64,000 nucleotides of DNA from NCBI RefSeq assembly GCF_964204645.1, contig NC_134033.1, positions 11,230,655 through 11,294,654 of the forward strand, in the 5' to 3' direction. Source of the DNA: Tubulanus polymorphus. Its lineage: Eukaryota > Animalia > Nemertea. The translations under genes were made by a program, and so were the position numbers. Of this stretch, positions 10,787 to 64,000 are shown in pieces (positions within the stretch are counted from its first letter, which is position 1; every line of letters starts with the position of its first letter). The notes beneath the pieces were generated by a model that ran no database searches, had not been told where the DNA came from, and was given only the letters and a program-made list of their open reading frames with translations.

Positions 10787-11595
10787 GGATGAAAATGCAA
10801 ATTTAGGTCTGAAAATAGCCTGGACCGAAAAGATGCTGCAACGACGTCGTTTTTGCAGATTCAACAGGAAATCCTTGGCCAATATAGATGATGGAGGGCT
10901 TCAAATATGCAGCGCAACATTCTATATATATTTTTTGGGGTATCACGGTTGTTTTGTTAATCCGTACGATCTTCCACGGTCATCCTTATTACCGAGATGA
11001 CGTATTTTACCGAGATCAACCGAGATGAAATGAAATATAACATATTTATTTATTCCTTTTCGATTTTAACACTTGAAATCATATAATATCAGTAATAAAT
11101 GCCTGCTGGAGTCGTATTTTACATATTTTGTCGGATATTTTTGTAGAAAAATAACTTGTAACTTTACCGAGATGAGATCGTCGATCAATCAAATTCAATG
11201 AAATTTTATTGCTAACCGAGATTACGTATTTGAAGTCAAATTCTTTTTACAAAATATACGGAAAAATATGACTCTAGAAGGTATTTATTACTGATATAGA
11301 ATGATTTCAAGTGTTAAAATCGATAAGGAAATTATACATTTGTTACATTTCATGTTATCTCGGTCCCGGTAAATTACGTCATCTCGGTAATAAGGATGAC
11401 CCGTCGGACGAAAATGCAAATTTAGGTCTGAAACTGGCCTGGACCGAGAAGATGCTGCAACGACGTCGTTTTTGCATATTCAACAGGAAATCCCTGGCCA
11501 ATATAGATGATGGAGAGCTTCAAATAAGCACCACAACATTCTATATTATTTTTTTGGGGTATCACGGTTGTTTTGTTAATCCGTACGATCTTCCA
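10787..11595. repeat. ~190-bp direct repeats (10787-10976 and 11406-11595) flanking a MITE
   Basis: Both copies read GAAAATGCAAATTTAGGTCTGAAA...AATCCGTACGATCTTCCA with scattered substitutions; this explains the duplicated ORF text at 10701 and 11311. Confidence 0.9.
10977..11403. mobile_element. MITE with long imperfect TIRs
   Basis: GGTCATCCTTATTACCGAGATGACG at 10978 and CGTCATCTCGGTAATAAGGATGACC ending at ~11401; arms pair over roughly 150 bp. Confidence 0.85.
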
Positions 11596-12336
11596 AACTT
11601 CACAAACCTGATTTTTTCTGATTTTGCTCAATGTACGCATCATTTCACAAGCGATCTTAAAATAGAGTTTTATTTAGTCAGTAATGTGACTATAGTTTAG
11701 TCCTTAACTGGACTATCGCTAGTCGGTATGGACTGTGAATGGGTTTGGTCAGTTTTGTCAGTAACTGGACTAGAGGCCTACACTGTAATAGTCAGTAACT
11801 GGACTGGACTGGACGAATGTTAAGTGGATAACGAGGAGATTGGTAAAGCTAGTAACTGGTCTGTAGTTTAGTCAGTTTTAGGACTACTGGGTCTATACAA
11901 TGAAGAAATTAGGTCAACATTTCTAACCGTGAAGCAAGTCTGAGATTTTGAGCTCGGTTCAGGCTGTGCGAGGACCTTATGTAAACTCCTAATTTGTTGA
12001 AATGGAACTAATGAAATTCTTCAATTTGTCATTTCAGCGAACGAGTGGAATTTATAACTTCATAGAAAACCCGACGCACAGTGTTGATTATACGTGTCAT
12101 AGGATCGTCGTGACGTTAATACCCCGGTGCAGATTGTCATTGATCTGTTAATAATGGTAATTCCTTTGAAACGCAGAGTGGGATAATTCATTCATAGAAT
12201 TGTGAATCACTGAATTGAAGGTATGGTCATTTAAATACGCGATTGCAACTTTCTGACCTTCGTAGCTAGTTTGAGGAGACCCTGAATTAGAATTTCTGCA
12301 ATGGGTAGCCTATAGATTGAAACGAAAAAAATCAGT

Positions 12337-58341
<46,005 letters not shown>

Positions 58342-59964
58342 TAATAGTCAGCGCCGATAATCGAACAGGATAAATCTGGTCTCTATTGTCGCTGCTCTCT
58401 CTCTCTGGTCGAGGCGAGTGATTGTTCTCAGGTGCTAGCTATCGCGGTGGGCGGCGGTCGCTCGACGCCCCCGGTGTATATGTGCTAATATCAGTGCTAC
58501 TCCCGCTATGACGACTTCGGTCATTTCACGCCGAAATACGACAAAAAAAACGATATTGAATTAACTAGATAATCGACAGGACACTAATCGAAGAAAGACA
58601 TTGTCGAAACCACTGGAACGGGAATCGATGAAATGCTTTACAACGTCGAATACAGTTAGATTTCAATCGAATTTTAAAAGAGCGTGGCCTATTACTCGAT
58701 CACCACGACTTTGAGCTCGATTTTTTGCGAATATATATACGATTATATATTCTGTGTAAGATAAATGCGAATTATTTACTATGTAAATATGTTATGTAAG
58801 TAAGTGTATATATATATATATATATATGGCTGTATATATTAACTGTTAACGCTATAGAAACCAAACAAAAATCGACAACTCACAATCGGATGTGTGCGTA
58901 TTCATTAATAAATTAAAACTTGCCTGGTGCTATTTATATCTATGTAATAATAATATTATGTGTATGTATGATTGTACGTATGATTGTATGTATGATTGTC
59001 TGTATGCGGTGGCCATTCAAAAGAAAAATGCAGCTTAAATTCATTGCGAAATTCATATAACAGCTAAGTGATCTTTTTAGGGGAAAATAGAAAGATTTTT
59101 AAAAGGAAAAACGTGTATCATGGGTTGAAACAGCCCTCCGTAGTGTAAGTTCGTCATAAGACGGTCATGTGAATTGGAAAGTTTTCTAAACCGTGATAGT
59201 CTATCTTTTTTCCTCGGGTTAGGTCAAAAATTGAGATAAAATTGAATTCATGCCAAAATTTGTTCAGTTAGTTTTCGATTCACATGTCTTTTTATTTGCT
59301 TCTCCCCGAAATTCTCCTAAAAGAAGAAGTCTATTTTTGTAAAGTGTAACGCCTTAGGCTTGTCGTTATGTAAGTCATCTCGCTATTAAACTTTCAATTT
59401 CTTGTGAATACAATAATTACATCAGGAGCAGATAAGACACGGTCTGACAATTCTTTTTAAAGCTGTTATGTCATATTTTGAATGAGTGTTGTTTGTTTGC
59501 GTTGAAATTTGTGATATTACGGGTTAGGGAGGACGAGGGGCGATGGGTGCATGCAACGAGTCCATTGATAGTGACTTCAGACGTGGTAAAAGAATGGTAC
59601 GATAAATAAAGGCTTATTGCAATTAACTACTACTACTTATAATGTCATCGCATGTTTATGCATGTCTCTAAATATAATATAAATCAATGAAATATCAAAA
59701 ATCATGAATTGTTTATTTCGTTGCTCTGGTCTTGAATACAACACTCCCCTAGCTGCATTACTGATTTCTTCACTAATAACACCATGAAGGATCAGTGGGC
59801 GGTGTGGGCGAGTGGTTGATCTTAAAATAAGGATTGTCCCTGTTATTTATTTGGTTGGTTAATTTCGTTTGATGTTCTGATTGAGTGTCACTTACAGTCC
59901 CACCACACCTGCCGGGAGCGAAACGGGGGTTTGATTTTTGAATCGGCGACTGAAGTACATATAT

Positions 59965-60160
59965 AGTTGTGGGCGAGTGGTTAGAGCGTCCGACTCCGGC
60001 AAACCTGGTCGAGGGTTCGAACCCCGAACGATACCATGTCTTCTTGAGCAACTTAATCCTTATTGCCTCTCTTTTAACCCAGGAGTTGATGGCCGCGTAC
60101 CTGGCTGGATAGATGACTCGTGAGTGGTTAGCAACTTCTCGGACGTTATTTCTCAAATTT
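59965..60160 (+). mobile_element. tRNA-derived SINE with a conserved central domain (Deu/Nin/Meta-like)
   Basis: TGGGCGAGTGGTTAGAGCG (A box), GGTTCGAACCCC (B box), then CTTGAGCAACTTAATCCTTATTGCCTCTCTTTTAACCCAGG. Confidence 0.7.
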
Positions 60161-60627
60161 TTTGAATATGCTTTGATCTTTTGGCTGATAGTCAGATGCT
60201 ATGACGTTGCTTAACATTCAAGTCACATCCGATCGCTTTTATTTCTCGGTAAAACCAATACCACTTAAAAGTGAGAAAAGTCGGTCTGTAGAAGTGCTCT
60301 GATAGCCTTCCGTCAATATGTGTTGTTCTATCTAATCATTTACGTCAAATTCTTATCTAGAAAGCTATCTCTATAGTTTAAAGTGAGTACTCTTTATCGT
60401 CGTTTAATTGTACAAGACCAGATTTTCCTTTTAAAGAACTAGTGCACAACTTTTTTGAGTATGACGTCTTCCAGGCGACGTCACCTGATGTAGACCTATA
60501 AAAGATAAAATAGTGCCACCATTTAGGAATTACTAGCTGAACAATTTCCCGTGACGACCCACTTTCTCTAGCCTCAGTGCCGCGGAAACATTCATTAAGC
60601 CACCAGTGATAAGTTGTGTTGCGCTGA

Positions 60628-63078
60628 ATGGTGAACATGGCTAGACCTCGCGACAGTATGACAAACGGTGAAACTTTTGCTTGGATTTTCATTTCATTTT
60701 TCGTGCTCATGATGGGCTTGTGGATGACGCTTCTCTCGCATTGGTTAGTTTATTTTGCCCAGCTTGAATTCTTGCACATTTCGTTGTTCGTCTGCGGTTG
60801 GTTGTATCTGGACCGAGAAGCCGCCGGTCTCGGTAACCGATGTTCGAAGCGATTTCGTCGCTGGAACCCACTCGGTCGATGGATAGCTAGTTTATTACCG
60901 GTTAAACTAGTGAAAACCGTCGATCTCGACCCAAATGGAAAATATATATTCGGAGTTCATCCTCACGGGGCCGTAGCGTTATTGAGCACTTTTGTATCAG
61001 AGGCCACAGGATTCAGCGAACTTTTCCCCGGACTCGATATGCATATGGTGGTTATGGACTATCACTTTTCTGTACCACTTTTCAAAGAATACTTTTCACA
61101 TAGCGGTAAGTTTAATTGCAAAAACTGTTTACGCATTTCGATGCAGTCAATTATTTCTTTTAGGACGCTGTCTGTAAATTGTAACATGGAACTTTTTTTC
61201 AAATAATTCTATCAAACTTAATGACAAATTTTCTATTAAATTCTATTTAAAAGGACAGAAGTGAGATAATTTCGGTATAAAACTTCTCTTTAATGATTAC
61301 AAATACGGATATTCTAACCATATAAGCCTGTGTTTAACTACTACACAAAATTATCTAATTTGAAATATGAAATTATCCTAAGATATGACAAACACGATAA
61401 AAAATAAGTGCTTTCAGATATGACTACAGTGATCTATCTATGGACTAATAGATTATCTATGTATGCCTCTCACTGATGCCAACAGAGAGATAAGGTTTTG
61501 TACCGTAAATCATTTTCAACATTTACGTCATTGTACAACAGCGCACTGTGTCTTGACAAAGTGCAAGCATTTCCCAAAGTAGGCAACGAATGAACTACTC
61601 TTAGGGAAGATATCTTTTGCGGTGATGCAATATACATGTAAACATATATCTGCAAACGCGCGGCCTGTCCTTGACTTGCTGCGTACGCAAACAAAAAACA
61701 CAACGGAATGTTATAAACAATTTGGAATAGAGAACTAACGTTAAAATTGTGTCAATTACATAATACCATAAACGTACTCAATACAGCGTAAATATTGTAC
61801 GAATGTTTTCCCAGGTCGTTCTAATTACATTCAGTTTGTTACTTCTAACTTAATGAGTACTTGAAAATGAACCTCAATACGGTACTGATCATTATTAATG
61901 AAAATGAACTGTCATTTACGTGAAATTTTCTTGTCGCTTTCAGGTGCTATATCGTCTTCCCCCGAGGCGATCGATCACGTGTTGGGTCGAGGTTCGGGTA
62001 AAATAGTGGCAATAGCTGTCGGTGGAGGTTACGAACTAATCGATGCGCATCCCGGTACGATGGTGCTAACTCTGAAGAAGAGAAAGGGCTTCGTGAAGAA
62101 GGCTTTAAAACATGGGTATGTATACGCAAAATCTTTAAAGTAGCCATTAAATCATCATAACTGGACTAACTTTATTCACTAAGCAAATTTGCAATCGTGA
62201 ATTCATTGAGAATATGAAATATATAAACAAGAAACCTATAAGAGGAAGCAACCATTTGAGTTGGCAATCGTAGATGTGTTTAATATCTACAACACTTCAT
62301 TTGCGAACAGTCTAACTATATCACAACGACTTGCAGGAATAACGCTTCGATTTTTGTCCCCTCTGCTCAAACTAGAATTGATCATTTATTGTGTATAACA
62401 TCATTCGACCCACGGTTTGTGTCAGTGCACTCCGTTAAGTTTCAGTCTTTCTCCGTTTTCTAGCGCCAGTCTTGTACCGGTTTTGAACTTCGGCGACAAT
62501 GATCTACTTCATCAGTATCCAAACCCACCTGGTTCACAGTGGCGGAAAATGCAAGACCTAATTCAGCGTCTGTTTCATCGTTACCTTTCGCCAGTGACGT
62601 TTCATGGAAAATATTATGGTCTGGCTACTATAGCACCTTGCCATACAGTCGGTAAGCAGTTCGCAACATTTTCCCTCCAGAACATAACCTCGTAAACCAA
62701 GACGTTAAATATGTAAGATACAAGTAGCACGACATGTTATCGCTTGTTTGTCCCCCGTTCTAAAGCGAAATTAACTCCACAATTGAAAATGTGTGTCTTC
62801 TTAATCAGATATTAAAAAACGATTGATCTATACGAGATGGCGATGGTCAATTCGAGGCTCCGGTGAGGAGACCTCCCAATCATAAACGATTTATTGATTG
62901 CAAATGTTTTTCACTTTCAGTTGGATCGCCGATTGAAGTGCCAAAAATGGAAAATCCAACTCAAGAAGAAATCGACAGCGTTCACGCTAAATACGTAAAA
63001 GCTGTAGAAGATTTGTTCGATAAACACGCAGAAAAATATTCGAACTATCCGGACATGAAACTTGACATCAGATACTAA
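60628..63078 (+). CDS. MOGAT: DGAT2/MOGAT (DAGAT) family acyltransferase, 331 aa; exons 60628-61105, 61944-62115, 62464-62651, 62921-63078
   Basis: N-terminal hydrophobic segments; YIFGVHPHG; VGGGYE; RKGFVKKALKHG|ASLVPVLNFGDND; TV|VGSPIEVPK...EEIDSVHAKY. Phases 1,2,1 consistent with GT-AG sites. Confidence 0.93.
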
Positions 63079-63908
63079 TTAGCGACGTTGCAGACGAGGA
63101 AATACGAAAACTCATATTCATCTTAATTGTAGCGTTTGGGGATATAGGTATCTCGTCCTGTTATTGGCTCGTCAGTGTCGAAGTCAATGGACGAAATTTT
63201 CGATTCTCGCTAAAGACCCGGTTTGTGTTGTCTCAAATATCCCCCAGAAACAAGCACCGCATCTTCCCATGGACGTATAAACTAGGTCCAATAATCTCCC
63301 CTCCCCACAATGAACAAAATACTCTGATCCAAAACAAACAACTCTTCCAAAACAATTAAACTACCACTTAACCAGAAAAACTCATATAAAAAAACAAGAT
63401 GCAGGTCTTTATTGCAGCATAATATAGAATGAATCTAGTTTATACATCCATGGTCAACCATAAGTGTCTGTTTACTATGTATATATACTTGATGGCATTA
63501 TCTAAAGATAATAATTTTTGTATTGAAGCACGATACATTCTGCCTAAAGAAAAACAAAAACCGATGGTGCAAATCATTTTGTTCCCAGCTTTCGGAGAAG
63601 GAGGGGGCAAGCTTCGGACGTTATTTTGAATATGGTCGGTATAATATTCCCCCTTCTTGATGTCCAATATAAGTTCCTGACCATTATCTGTTGTATCGAC
63701 TCGACGAAGAAAGTTACCCCCAAAGCCAAAACTACAACATTTTAGAAAGAAATGTTCAACGGTTTGAAGTTGTTGGGGTGGATAAAACAAATTGAAAAAA
63801 GAAAGCCTCATTGAATTTAGTTTTTTTGTTATGTTTTGTCATATTATTATATATTTCATATTATTGATATTATCGTTGTTTTTATCATTATCAAACTACT
63901 ATAACCAT

Positions 63909-64000
63909 TTATTTCTTGTTTCTAGTGTTGCACCGTCCTTGAACGCATTGCACGTGGGTCCAGTGCCTTGCAAGTTGTTTGTAAGTACAGTCCTCAAAGG
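63909..64000 (-). CDS. Possible C-terminal coding end of a minus-strand gene extending beyond the window
   Basis: Minus frame FEDCTYKQLARHWTHVQCVQGRCNTRNKK* (stop 63911-63909), then AT-rich UTR-like sequence and minus-strand AATAAA at 63408-63413. Product not recognised. Confidence 0.3.
   Translation of the reverse strand, partial: FEDCTYKQLARHWTHVQCVQGRCNTRNKK

Noticed and set aside
63440-63811. 123-aa minus-strand ORF
   Set aside because: No recognisable domain; begins in low-complexity AT-rich sequence; more likely the 3'UTR of a gene beyond the window, though not excluded.

Overview
Eukaryotic animal DNA, AT-rich with GT-AG introns; gene and repeat content suggest an invertebrate, probably a lophotrochozoan (inference). 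2.7-8 kb holds four compact genes: a 65-aa secreted prepropeptide, an intronless orphan class A GPCR, a secreted Gly/Tyr/Phe-rich protein and an IFI27/ISG12-family gene on the minus strand. 8.7-11.9 kb is a stack of abutting foldback/MITE elements. 12-59 kb is one SH3-DH-PH RhoGEF gene (Asef/SPATA13/collybistin family). I reconstructed 11 core exons with consistent splice phases, two upstream internal exons and nine candidate alternative first coding exons. These include a 7.3-kb coding exon, a myristoylation-type N-terminus and two starts downstream of the SH3 exon that would give SH3-less isoforms. Its introns carry MITEs, tRNA-derived SINEs, minisatellites and Penelope-type minimal hammerhead ribozymes, one with a compensatory U3-A8 core. 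60.6-63.1 kb is a 4-exon DGAT2/MOGAT-family acyltransferase. No rRNA, intact tRNA, CRISPR array or autonomous transposon was seen. Exon joins are read from splice signals and phase only; there is no transcript evidence.
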